Shown here: positions 1 through 8,921 of the stretch, piece by piece | How the letters are laid out: each line of letters opens with the position of its first letter | Position numbering within the stretch: the first letter of the stretch is position 1 | From: an uncultured Verrucomicrobiota bacterium | GTDB taxonomy: Bacteria > Verrucomicrobiota > Verrucomicrobiia > Limisphaerales > UBA9464 | DNA: 64,000 nt | Assembly (NCBI GenBank): GCA_903939515.1 | Contig: CAJAHH010000008.1 | Span: forward strand, 84-64,083 | Direction: 5' to 3' | Made by a program: the position numbers and the translations under genes | Notes under the pieces: model-generated | What the model was told of the DNA's origin: nothing | Database searches by the model: none | Seen by the model: the letters and a program-made list of their open reading frames with translations, nothing else

Positions 1-377
1 CCATCATTCAAAGTCACCAAAACAATTCCTTCGTTCAATATGTTTTGAACTGTTCCAAATGCGTCCCAAATTTTTTCTCTTGATATTCTATCAATATGTT
101 CACATAAAAGATAAGAGCCGGTTTTAATTTTGTTTGATTGGCACAGATTTAAAAATCTTGCAAGTTCACCTATTATTTTGTTTTTTCCACGAAAACCTGA
201 TATTCCTTCATCGTAAAATGTATCGTTTGATAGATTTAAATTATTTTGCTTACAGTATTCTATAGTCTTTTCAACTTGTCGTCGTTTTGAGTCACCTAAG
301 GATTGTTCAGCCGAAGAAAAACGAATATAACTATATGCTGTTGGTTTTTCTTGGGTTTTGGTTTGGGATGTTTCCAT
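1..377 (-). CDS. Serine recombinase/integrase, N-terminal catalytic domain (partial, runs off the window start)
   Basis: Manual minus-strand translation from ATG 377: METSQTKTQEKPTAYSYIRFSSAEQSLGDSKRRQ...FYDEGISGFRGKN...LLCEHIDRISREK..., open to position 1. Contains the resolvase motifs Y-x-R-x-S, D-x-G-x-S-G and D-R-x-S-R. Not in the supplied ORF track. Confidence 0.92.
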   Translation of the reverse strand, partial: METSQTKTQEKPTAYSYIRFSSAEQSLGDSKRRQVEKTIEYCKQNNLNLSNDTFYDEGISGFRGKNKIIGELARFLNLCQSNKIKTGSYLLCEHIDRISREKIWDAFGTVQNILNEGIVLVTLND

Positions 378-416
378 TTTTTAAACCTAGGACAGTGGGT
401 GGGGGAATCAAGACAT
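1..416. mobile_element. End of an AT-rich integrative element inserted in comM
   Basis: Abrupt switch from AT-rich to GC-rich sequence at ~415-430; recombinase gene next to a 5'-truncated comM. Confidence 0.8.
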
Positions 417-437
417 CATCTTGCTTATTGGCCCACC
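398..437. repeat. Probable att junction (imperfect inverted repeat)
   Basis: GGTGGG(398-403)..CAAGA(409-413)-CATCA-TCTTG(419-423)..CCCACC(432-437) straddles the composition shift and the comM breakpoint. Confidence 0.6.
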
Positions 438-1293
438 GGGCAGCGGCAAGTCCATGCTTGCCCAACGCCTGGCCACCATCCTGCCACCACTAACACTCGC
501 CGAGGCTCTGGAGACCACCCAAATCCACAGCGTTGTGGGTCAATTAGCTCCAGGTCAGGCGTTGCTCACCCGTCGTCCGTTCCGGTCTCCTCACCACACC
601 GCCAGCAATGCTGGCTTGCTCGGTGGCAACACCCATCCTACCCCGGGCGAGGTTTCCCTAGCCCACCATGGCGTTCTCTTCCTCGACGAATTACCCGAAT
701 TCAAGCGATCCGTGCTGGAGACGCTCCGCCAACCCCTCGAGGAAGGTAAGGTGACCATCAGTCGAGCCGCAGGAACCATGACTTTCCCTGCACAATTCAT
801 GCTCGTGGCCGCGATGAATCCTACGCCGGACGGCAAAATGCCCGCCGAATCACGCTCCGGTCCTCGAGAGATCCAGTCTTATCTGGGTCGCATTTCCGGC
901 CCCTTGCTCGACCGGATCGACTTGCACGTCGAAGTTCCTGCCGTCCGATTCACCGATTTCGACCGGGCGCGTCCGGGAGAATCCAGCCAAGAGATCCGAC
1001 AGCGGGTCGAAGCGGCCCGGGAACGCCAGCGACATCGGTTGCTCGGAAAACCCATTTCCTGCAACGCCCGATTGGGACCCCGCGAACTTCAGCAATTTAT
1101 CCAACTCGATTCCCCCACCCTCTTGCTCCTTAAGCACGCATTGACCGACCTGAATCTCTCAGCCCGCGCCTATCACCGGGTGCTCAAGGTCGCGCGAACC
1201 ATCGCTGATCTGGCCGAGTCTGAAAGTGTGAGGCTCGAGCATGTTTCCGAAGCCATTCAGTACCGATCCCTCGACCGCCAGATTTGGGGGTGA
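421..1293 (+). pseudogene. comM: 3' part of ComM/YifB Mg-chelatase-like AAA+ ATPase, interrupted by the element
   Basis: Starts at [14 protein letters not shown] (Walker A); has [37 protein letters not shown] and [19 protein letters not shown]. Only 290 aa versus ~500 aa for intact ComM; in-frame stop upstream at 388-390. Confidence 0.9.
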
Positions 1294-1401
1294 TCCGGCG
1301 ACGAAACCATTTTCGGAACTTGGGGTTGATACCAAACAATTTCTGATTTGCTTCCCGTTTGAATCCGGGGTCGCGGACTGCTTTGATTCACCTCCAAATC
1401 C

Positions 1402-2220
1402 ATGAAGAGACTTCTCCTACCCATCGCGTTGGCTGCAGCCATGCTGTCCGTTCAGGCTGGCAATCTGGCTGACCAGCTAGCCATCCAGACCTGGACCCTC
1501 CGCAACCTGAACTTCCAGCAAACCATCGACTTCGCGGTGAAGCATGGCATCAAGGACCTTCAGGTCATCGGAAACCACATCGATCCCAACGCCTCGAAGG
1601 AGGAGTGGGCCCAGAAGAAGGCGGCTCTGGATGCGGCCGGCCTCCGCGCCTACACCTTTGGAGTGGCTGGCACTTCGACGGACAAGGAAAAGAACCGTCG
1701 CCTCTTCGAGTTCGCCAAGTTCATGGGCATTCGCCTCATCATCGTTGAACCCGGTGACTTTCGTATTTGGGACAACCTGGAAGAACTGGCCAAGGAGTAT
1801 GACATTCGGGTTGCGGTCCACAACCACGGCATCAAGAGCCTTTATGGTAACCCTGCGGTGGTGAAGCAGATCATCCAACACAGGGACTCCCGCATTGGCG
1901 TCTGCATGGACGTCGGTTGGATCACCAGCGCCGGCTTTGACGCGGCAAAGGTGTATCGGGAATACAACGGACGGGTGTTCGACCTCCACCTCAAGGACAA
2001 GCGGGTCGAGAAGACCCAGGGCGACGACGTGGCTTTTGACACCCATATCGGCGAGGGGCAGTCCAACTACAAGGGGCTCTTTGCTGAACTGCACCAGAGT
2101 GGCTACAGCGGTCGCTTGGCCATCGAGACTGACAGCGGCGATTTCGCCAAGAACCCCAACGACTTCGTGGCCAAGGCCAAAGCCTTTGTCGAAGCCCAGG
2201 GCAAGGCTCCGGTCAAATAG
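1402..2220 (+). CDS. Secreted sugar phosphate isomerase/epimerase (xylose isomerase-like TIM barrel)
   Basis: Signal peptide; VAVHNHG, CMDVGW, HLKD and LAIE metal-binding motifs. Confidence 0.8.
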   Translation: MKRLLLPIALAAAMLSVQAGNLADQLAIQTWTLRNLNFQQTIDFAVKHGIKDLQVIGNHIDPNASKEEWAQKKAALDAAGLRAYTFGVAGTSTDKEKNRRLFEFAKFMGIRLIIVEPGDFRIWDNLEELAKEYDIRVAVHNHGIKSLYGNPAVVKQIIQHRDSRIGVCMDVGWITSAGFDAAKVYREYNGRVFDLHLKDKRVEKTQGDDVAFDTHIGEGQSNYKGLFAELHQSGYSGRLAIETDSGDFAKNPNDFVAKAKAFVEAQGKAPVK

Positions 2221-2300
2221 CAGTCTATCGCATCTACCCGCTCCCGAATCATTGGGGCCTACTGGGCATCCGACGGATTTTTGGATTGGCTGCGAAACTC

Positions 2301-2981
2301 ATGCCCGACCAACCCACCGATCCCGGCCAGGATCCCGACACCCAGTTGATGCTGCGCGTCAAACGGGGTGATCGGGACTCCTTCACCGAGTTGGTGGAGC
2401 ATTGGAAGCATCCGGTCATCGGGTTTATCTACCGAACCCTGCCCGACCCGGACGAAGCCGAGGATTTGGCGCAGGCCACCTTTGTCCAACTCTGGAAGAC
2501 CGCCGCTCGCTACCAACCGACGGCGCGCTTCTCCACCTTCCTCTTCACCATTGCTCGCAATCTCTGCCTCAACGAGATCCGCAGGCGGGTCCGGCATCCG
2601 GCCGACTCGCTGGATGAACCGCGACCCGATGACGAAGATCACCCCCTGCGACAAATCAAAGACCACCGGCAACCCGGGGCCGATGCCGAGACAACCCGAA
2701 GCGAATTGTTCAACCTCGTGGATGAGGCTTTGGCCGCACTACCCGAGAAACAACGAACCGCACTCATCCTCTGCCGCGACGGCGAATTAAGCTACGAGGA
2801 GATCGCTGCCGTCTTGGGAACTTCCCTGCAGGCCACCAAATCGCTCATCCATCGTGCACGGGAAACCCTCAAGGGCCGCCTCAAGCCGTATCTGGATTCG
2901 GGTGAGTGGCAACGCAATCCGTCGGCTGCTCCCGCCCGTTCCCCAAAACCGGGTTCGTCAGAAGGTTGGGTGCGCCATTAG
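2301..2981 (+). CDS. ECF sigma-70 family RNA polymerase sigma factor
   Basis: Region 2 EAEDLAQATF/FSTFLFTIARNLCLN; region 4 LPEKQRTAL..LSYEEIAAVLG..KSLIHRARETLK. ATG 2301 preferred over TTG 2286. Confidence 0.9.
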   Translation: MPDQPTDPGQDPDTQLMLRVKRGDRDSFTELVEHWKHPVIGFIYRTLPDPDEAEDLAQATFVQLWKTAARYQPTARFSTFLFTIARNLCLNEIRRRVRHPADSLDEPRPDDEDHPLRQIKDHRQPGADAETTRSELFNLVDEALAALPEKQRTALILCRDGELSYEEIAAVLGTSLQATKSLIHRARETLKGRLKPYLDSGEWQRNPSAAPARSPKPGSSEGWVRH

Positions 2982-3094
2982 TCCCGCCTCATGGTGGTTT
3001 TCAACCCGGTGAAACCTCCGGTCTTGATGCCGTCCGGTAGTTCTTCCCGCGTGACTTCGTCCCCACCCTTGCGAAGCTCCGGTCAGCGTCTGAC

Positions 3095-4519
3095 ATGAAG
3101 AAACCGCGTCCGTCCCCCTCCACCGTCGTCTCCCGTTCTGGCCGCTTCACCGATGGCCCAAGCCAGGAAGTTGCTCAATTCTCCCAATCCGTCTCCTTCG
3201 ACTGGCGACTGTGGTCCCACGACCTCGTCGGCTCGATGGCTCATGCGACCATGCTGGAGAAGATCGGTATCCTCTCTTCCAAGGAGTGCAAAGACATCAT
3301 CGCCGGACTCAAGGCCATCGGCATGGAGATCGAAGCGGGGCGATTCCAGTGGAAAATGGAACTGGAGGACGTCCACATGAACATCGAGGCGGCGCTGACG
3401 GCACGCGTGCCGGCCGCCGCCAAGCTGCACACAGCACGATCCCGAAATGATCAAGTCGCCCTAGATGTCCGTCTGTGGTTGCGCGATGAGATCGAAGCGC
3501 TCCTCGGTGAATTGCGCACACTCCAACGCTCTCTGGTCAAACTGGGTGAGCGGCACTCGGAGGTGATTATCCCGGGCTACACGCACATGCAACGGGCTCA
3601 ACCGGTCTTTTTCGCTCACCATTGCCTCGCCTACGTCGAGATGTTCGACCGCGACACCGGTCGTCTGGCGGACGCCTTTGGAAGACTCAACGTGTGCCCG
3701 CTCGGAGCAGGGGCCATCGCCGGCAGTACGCTACCCATTGACCGTGAGTTCGTGGCCACACTGCTCGGTTTCACCGACACGAAAGGTCGTCCGCGCATCA
3801 CGCAAAATTCCATGGACGCCGTCTCAGACCGGGACTTTCTCATCGAATTCAGCGCAGCCGCGGCACTGATCGCCGTCCATCTCAGCCGACTCTCCGAAGA
3901 TCTCATCCTGTGGGCCTCCTCCGAGTTCAGCTTCATCCGCATCGCAGACGCCTACACGACGGGTTCCTCGCTCATGCCGCAGAAGAAGAATCCTGACATC
4001 GCCGAACTCACCCGAGGCAAATCGGGTCGGGTCATCGGTAACCTGGTCTCACTGCTGGTCCTATTGAAAGGGTTGCCCATGACCTACAACCGGGATTTGC
4101 AAGAGGACAAGGAGCGTCTCTTCGATACCGCGGACACCGTTCGCTCCTGTGTTCGACTCACTGCGGCGATGCTCGATCACACCACCGTCCAGGCTCCGGC
4201 CTGCGAAGCTGCCGCAAAAGACCCCCTGTTGCTGGCCACCGACCTTGCCGACTATCTAGTGAAAAAGGGTATGCCCTTCCGCCAAGCCCATCACGCCGTT
4301 GGAGCCGTGGTGGCTTTCGCTGAGAAAGTTGGACGCCCGATCAACCAACTCTCCCTCGCGGAATATCAGGCAATTGAACCCCGCTTTTCAGCCGATGTGC
4401 TCGAGTTGTATGATTTGCAGAAGGCCATGAAACGGCGCGAACTTCCCGGTGCTCCCGGAGTCCGTCAGATGGCCCGTCAATTGGCACGGTGGAAAAAGGA
4501 ACTAGGCACCCTCGGGTGA
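3095..4519 (+). CDS. argH: Argininosuccinate lyase
   Basis: EDVHMNIE, HTARSRNDQVA, PGYTHMQRAQP and GSSLMPQKKNPD signatures. Confidence 0.97.
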   Translation: MKKPRPSPSTVVSRSGRFTDGPSQEVAQFSQSVSFDWRLWSHDLVGSMAHATMLEKIGILSSKECKDIIAGLKAIGMEIEAGRFQWKMELEDVHMNIEAALTARVPAAAKLHTARSRNDQVALDVRLWLRDEIEALLGELRTLQRSLVKLGERHSEVIIPGYTHMQRAQPVFFAHHCLAYVEMFDRDTGRLADAFGRLNVCPLGAGAIAGSTLPIDREFVATLLGFTDTKGRPRITQNSMDAVSDRDFLIEFSAAAALIAVHLSRLSEDLILWASSEFSFIRIADAYTTGSSLMPQKKNPDIAELTRGKSGRVIGNLVSLLVLLKGLPMTYNRDLQEDKERLFDTADTVRSCVRLTAAMLDHTTVQAPACEAAAKDPLLLATDLADYLVKKGMPFRQAHHAVGAVVAFAEKVGRPINQLSLAEYQAIEPRFSADVLELYDLQKAMKRRELPGAPGVRQMARQLARWKKELGTLG

Positions 4520-4550
4520 CCCAGAATCGCCGCGGTCTTGCTCCGCCGCG

Positions 4551-4579
4551 TTGACGCTCGTCGGCGGCGCGGACAGCCT
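4551..4579 (+). promoter_or_regulatory. Sigma70-like promoter, probably leaderless
   Basis: TTGACG-N17-CAGCCT-N8-ATG(4588); no Shine-Dalgarno. Confidence 0.5.
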
Positions 4580-4587
4580 ACCAGACA

Positions 4588-5379
4588 ATGTCTCATCGCT
4601 TCTGGAACATCTGCGGAGGTCTGTTGCTTGCCTGCGTCTTGTGGGTGGGCTGTGACGAACGCCCCTGGGTCAGCGGCAAGGCGGACCCGAAGGAGGAGAA
4701 CAACTACCGCCAGGCCGAAGCCTATCAGCGGATGAACCAATACTCCCGGGCCGTGGAGTACTATCAGCGGGCCTTGGACGTAAACCCCCGCAACGCGGAT
4801 GCACACCTCGGACTAGGGATCATCCACTCCGACTCGGCCAAACTCCCGGAGTACGGCTTCGCCTATTACCACCTCCGACGGTACGTCACCCTTTCTGGGC
4901 GCACCAACGACCTGATTGTCAACCAACTCATCCGTGCCACCGGACTGCGGTTGGCCGAATTGCATGCTGACACCATCGGCAAGATCCAAACACAAGGTCA
5001 ACTCGAGCAGATGCGGCGGGAGAACGATGAGTTGCGCAAGTCCGCGTTGTCCTTGAGCAACCAACTTTCTTCAGCCTCCACCCGCATCGCCCCCTCCGCC
5101 TCCAGCCTCCTGGTCTCCAATCCAACCAACGGAACCATCGCGGCACCGACTCGTGCCCCGAGCACGGTCCCCAAGGCGATAGACCCCCCAGCCCGGTTGG
5201 CGCCCCGAGCGGTCGAACCCCGCAAGCCGTCCACTCCCAAGACCTACACACTGAAATCCGGAGACACCTTGGCCAAAATCGCCAAGGCCCAAGGAATTAC
5301 TTTGCAGCAGCTTCAAGCCGCCAACCCCAGCGTGGATACCCGCAAGCTGAAGCCGGGCGTTGAAATACGAGTCCCCTGA
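4588..5379 (+). CDS. Probable lipoprotein with TPR, coiled coil and C-terminal LysM domain
   Basis: Hydrophobic N-terminus ending VGC; TPR AVEYYQRALDVNPRNADAHLGLG; LysM YTLKSGDTLAKIAKAQGITLQQLQAANP..LKPGVEIRVP. Confidence 0.85.
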   Translation: MSHRFWNICGGLLLACVLWVGCDERPWVSGKADPKEENNYRQAEAYQRMNQYSRAVEYYQRALDVNPRNADAHLGLGIIHSDSAKLPEYGFAYYHLRRYVTLSGRTNDLIVNQLIRATGLRLAELHADTIGKIQTQGQLEQMRRENDELRKSALSLSNQLSSASTRIAPSASSLLVSNPTNGTIAAPTRAPSTVPKAIDPPARLAPRAVEPRKPSTPKTYTLKSGDTLAKIAKAQGITLQQLQAANPSVDTRKLKPGVEIRVP

Positions 5380-5402
5380 AAAGCGGGGACTCCCTTCAGA
5401 AC

Positions 5403-6197
5403 ATGGCTTCCCGGATCACCCTGATTGCCTCCGCTCTCTTCTGGGTGGTGATGAATGGGCTCTTGTGGCAGGCCGAATGGGGAGAGCCTTTCACTTCGGG
5501 TTCCGAACTCTCACCAGACTTGATCTGGCGGAAGATTCTGGATTCTCCGGACTCCAGCGTGCTGAGCATTCGACACCAAGGCAGGACCATCGGTTCATTG
5601 GAATGGCACCCCTCTATCCTCGAAGCCCCCCGCAGCACTGTCACCGCCATTGAGGGCATGGTCTCAGCACCTGCAGGACACTCAATCCGAGTCTCGACCC
5701 GCTTTCATGGCAGTAACTCGTCCCTAGACCGATTGATGATCCTGGGGACTGTGGAATTATCGCCTACCAACACCTGGGAGAAACTTCAGGTCCGAGTCGA
5801 CCAGCGGCCCAAGAGTTGGGAGATCCAAGCTGAAGCGGGATCCGACCAGATCCGTATGATTTACGAGGAGGGGCGCCAGCGCTTCGAGCAAACCTTCGAG
5901 ACCCGCAATCGAGCTGCTCTGCAACTCATGCTGGCTCCGTACCTCACGGCCCTGCCTTCCGGGCTCATTCCCGACATCGCCCTGAACCACCCAGAATCCT
6001 TGGCCCAGAATATTTCCATCGACGCTCGATCCGACTGGATGCAAATCGGCCGAAGCCGCGTTCGAGTCTATCGCCTGAGCGCCCGATTGCCCGGACAACT
6101 CGAGGCCATCGCCTTCGTTAGTCGCGCCGGAGAATTACTCAAGATCCAACTGCCCGACCGCCTCCAGTTGGTCAACGACGCCATTGTTGGACACTGA
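5403..6197 (+). CDS. Hypothetical membrane-anchored/exported protein
   Basis: 264-aa ORF with one N-terminal hydrophobic segment, tightly packed between neighbours. Confidence 0.7.
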   Translation: MASRITLIASALFWVVMNGLLWQAEWGEPFTSGSELSPDLIWRKILDSPDSSVLSIRHQGRTIGSLEWHPSILEAPRSTVTAIEGMVSAPAGHSIRVSTRFHGSNSSLDRLMILGTVELSPTNTWEKLQVRVDQRPKSWEIQAEAGSDQIRMIYEEGRQRFEQTFETRNRAALQLMLAPYLTALPSGLIPDIALNHPESLAQNISIDARSDWMQIGRSRVRVYRLSARLPGQLEAIAFVSRAGELLKIQLPDRLQLVNDAIVGH

Positions 6198-6214
6198 ATA
6201 ATGAGACTTTCGCC

Positions 6215-6958
6215 ATGATTGAACTGGAAGGCCTGACCAAAGACTTCGGATCCCTTCGAGCAGTGGATGGGATCAACTTGCAAATCCCGCGCGGGGAGTT
6301 TTTTGCCGTCCTGGGCCCCAACGCAGCAGGAAAGACCACCACCATTAAGATGATGGTCGGGCTCATCCGACCAACCGCTGGGCGGGCCCGGATCGCCGGA
6401 TTTGATATCCAAGAGAACCCGTTGGAGGCTCGCTCACGCCTAAGCTACGTGCCTGATTTTCCGTTCCTTTACGAGAAGCTCACGCCCGCTGAGTTCCTTC
6501 GATTCACCGGACGCTTGTTCCGGATGCCGGACGCGCAAATCCGCGAGGGATGCGACGAACTGGTGCCCCGGTTCAATTTGGAGGACTGGCTACACCAGCC
6601 CATTGAATCCCTCAGCCATGGCACACGGCAACGAATCGCCATCGCCAGCGCGCTGCTCCACCGCCCCGAAGTCTTCATCATTGACGAACCGATGGTGGGC
6701 CTCGACCCGCACCATGCACGGGTTGTGAAAGATATCCTTCGGGAACGGGCGACCGCGGGCATGACCATCTTTCTCAGCACCCATCAGGTTAGCGTCGCTG
6801 AAGAGATGGCCGACCGGATCGGGATCTTCCACCAAGGACAAGTGATCGCTTGCGGCAGCGCCGACGAACTGCGCGCGCGATCACAAACAACCGGAACACT
6901 GGAAGCGGCGTTCTTAGCGCTCACCCGCGGTAGCCAAACGCAGTCCGAAGTGACTTGA
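6215..6958 (+). CDS. ABC transporter ATP-binding protein
   Basis: Walker A GPNAAGKTT, signature LSHGTRQR, Walker B FIIDEP, H-loop STH. Confidence 0.92.
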   Translation: MIELEGLTKDFGSLRAVDGINLQIPRGEFFAVLGPNAAGKTTTIKMMVGLIRPTAGRARIAGFDIQENPLEARSRLSYVPDFPFLYEKLTPAEFLRFTGRLFRMPDAQIREGCDELVPRFNLEDWLHQPIESLSHGTRQRIAIASALLHRPEVFIIDEPMVGLDPHHARVVKDILRERATAGMTIFLSTHQVSVAEEMADRIGIFHQGQVIACGSADELRARSQTTGTLEAAFLALTRGSQTQSEVT

Positions 6959-7189
6959 ACGGTCGAGGTTCAGAGACAGCCCCCTTAAGGCCAGCCCCCA
7001 GCCCATCTCAGGCTCGTGGAGACGTACCATCCCCCTTGGACCGGACCGCTCGGAGATGAATCACTACTTCCAAGACATCGGCTACAGAATCTGCCCGACA
7101 GACCTGACAGGCCGGGCTGGGTGGTTTAAATCGGATAAGCAATTTTTCTGAAAGCGATATTTCTGAGATAATGCCGGTGTTTCTGTGCT

Positions 7190-8848
7190 CTAGTTACCCC
7201 CGCTCAGGTTGACCTCTCCCGGATTCATGGCCTTCGGTGCCGAAGCCAAAAGTTGTTCAGCCAACTTGCTCAAACGCTGATTCTCTAGATCCAGACGCTC
7301 CAATTCGGTGGTGATGAAGAACACATCCCCGCGATCCATCTCTTTCTCGACGGAGGCGATGGCATTGTTGAGCCTTTTATCACCGATCATGTTCGCTGTT
7401 TCCTTCAGCGACGTGATGCGGCTCCAAGCCGATTTGCGTTGACCGTGGGAGAGGGCGGTGCGGGCGAAGGTGAGCGTCTCCTTGGTCTCGGTATTGACCG
7501 CCTGAAGCATCTTGCCGTAAGCGTGGCTATTAAGCCCCGACTGTTCCTGAGCCTCCTCCAAGGGTATCTTGCTTGCCGCCACCTCTTCCAGGGTCTTGGT
7601 CAACTCCTCTAAGTTCGTTAAGGCCGAGCAGAGAATTATCTCCACCTCGGAGAAGCGCGGGTCGGATTTAACCCGTTGACCGAAATCGGCCCCCGAAATT
7701 TCGCCACCATTACCCCCCACCAAACACAACCGGACCACTAAACCACCATTCATCATCTTCCACGCTTCCTGGGTCGAAGGTGCTTCCGCCGCTTCGAGGT
7801 CGAGCCCCGAGACGCACGCCAACAAGCGGGCACGATTCCCAAAGTCTTCGTCCACGACCAAAACAGTGTGTCGGGATCGAGATGGCTTGTCCGCTTCAGA
7901 AGGCGCTTCGATTCGAACGAACTCCGTGTGCTCCCTGAGTGAGGATTCCAGGCTCAGGATCTCGTCGGGAAGAAGTTCCAGCACAATGCCCAACTGCCCG
8001 CCCTTACCTAGTGAAGAACGTCCGCGTCCATGAATTGCCTTCAACCAGATCTCCCAAGGGGTTCCTGCTCCCTGCTGTCGTAAAGTGACTACCTCATCGG
8101 CGAGCGGAGCCAATTTATCCGCTTCGGACCTCAACAACTTGTTGGAACCCTCTAACTCACGGATTCGGGTCGCATACTTGGCAATATTCTCAGTCATCTT
8201 AGCATCAGCACCACTCACCGGGGCAGTCTGCAGAATGGCCTTCTGCAGGGATCGAACCTGAAACCAGAGCAACGCGAGCCCCATCACTCCGAGAACAACT
8301 CCCCCACAGGCCCCCATCACCTTAATCTGGCTCGTCTCCTTAAAATCCTTGGTCGAATATTTGATCAGATCACGTTCAAGCACATTCAGTCTGGATTCCA
8401 AATCGTCGCGCGACCCCTTCAGACTAGCCCGAATTTTAGGCCGATCTTGATCACCATAGGGTTGGCGAAAATTGATAAAATCGGGCAAGAACCTCTCCTG
8501 GAAGCAAACTTCCAACTGTTGGAACGTTTTCAGATTGTCGGGCTTGAGTCCGGACTTGCCCAACAACTGCATACCGGCCGTCATGGACTCCCTCATACCA
8601 GCCAATCGCCGAGACAAATCAGCAGGATAGGAGTCTGGATCGTCTGCGAGCAGCTTTCCCAAAAACTTCAGTTCTATTCGAACCTGCTCAGCGCCGTCCC
8701 GGGCACTTGAGTGCTTGTTGAACACTTCAGCGGGCTTGGAGCCTAGGGCAATTTCCAGGATCAACCCTAGGACTGCGATGCTAACGATCGCTACAACCGA
8801 GGTAAACCACGCCTGACGAAGGTTTGTTTGAACCGATGTATCAGACAT
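7190..8848 (-). CDS. Membrane protein with two TM helices, degenerate receiver domain and HPt-like C-terminus
   Basis: Two hydrophobic segments flank a helical region; REC-like TVLVVDEDFGNRARLL...SGADFGQRVKSDPRFSEVEIILCSA; HPt-like RITSLKETANMIGDKRLNNAIASVE. Confidence 0.7.
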   Translation of the reverse strand: MSDTSVQTNLRQAWFTSVVAIVSIAVLGLILEIALGSKPAEVFNKHSSARDGAEQVRIELKFLGKLLADDPDSYPADLSRRLAGMRESMTAGMQLLGKSGLKPDNLKTFQQLEVCFQERFLPDFINFRQPYGDQDRPKIRASLKGSRDDLESRLNVLERDLIKYSTKDFKETSQIKVMGACGGVVLGVMGLALLWFQVRSLQKAILQTAPVSGADAKMTENIAKYATRIRELEGSNKLLRSEADKLAPLADEVVTLRQQGAGTPWEIWLKAIHGRGRSSLGKGGQLGIVLELLPDEILSLESSLREHTEFVRIEAPSEADKPSRSRHTVLVVDEDFGNRARLLACVSGLDLEAAEAPSTQEAWKMMNGGLVVRLCLVGGNGGEISGADFGQRVKSDPRFSEVEIILCSALTNLEELTKTLEEVAASKIPLEEAQEQSGLNSHAYGKMLQAVNTETKETLTFARTALSHGQRKSAWSRITSLKETANMIGDKRLNNAIASVEKEMDRGDVFFITTELERLDLENQRLSKLAEQLLASAPKAMNPGEVNLSGGN

Positions 8849-8921
8849 GAGAAACGGCCGCGCTAGGCCCAGACTTAGGCCTTCCTCGAACATCGGAATA
8901 ATTCCTCAGCAACTTAAGCGC

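Noticed and set aside
287-749. Plus-strand ORFs 287..493 and 303..749
   Set aside because: They cross the element junction out of frame with comM and overlap the recombinase antisense; no motifs.
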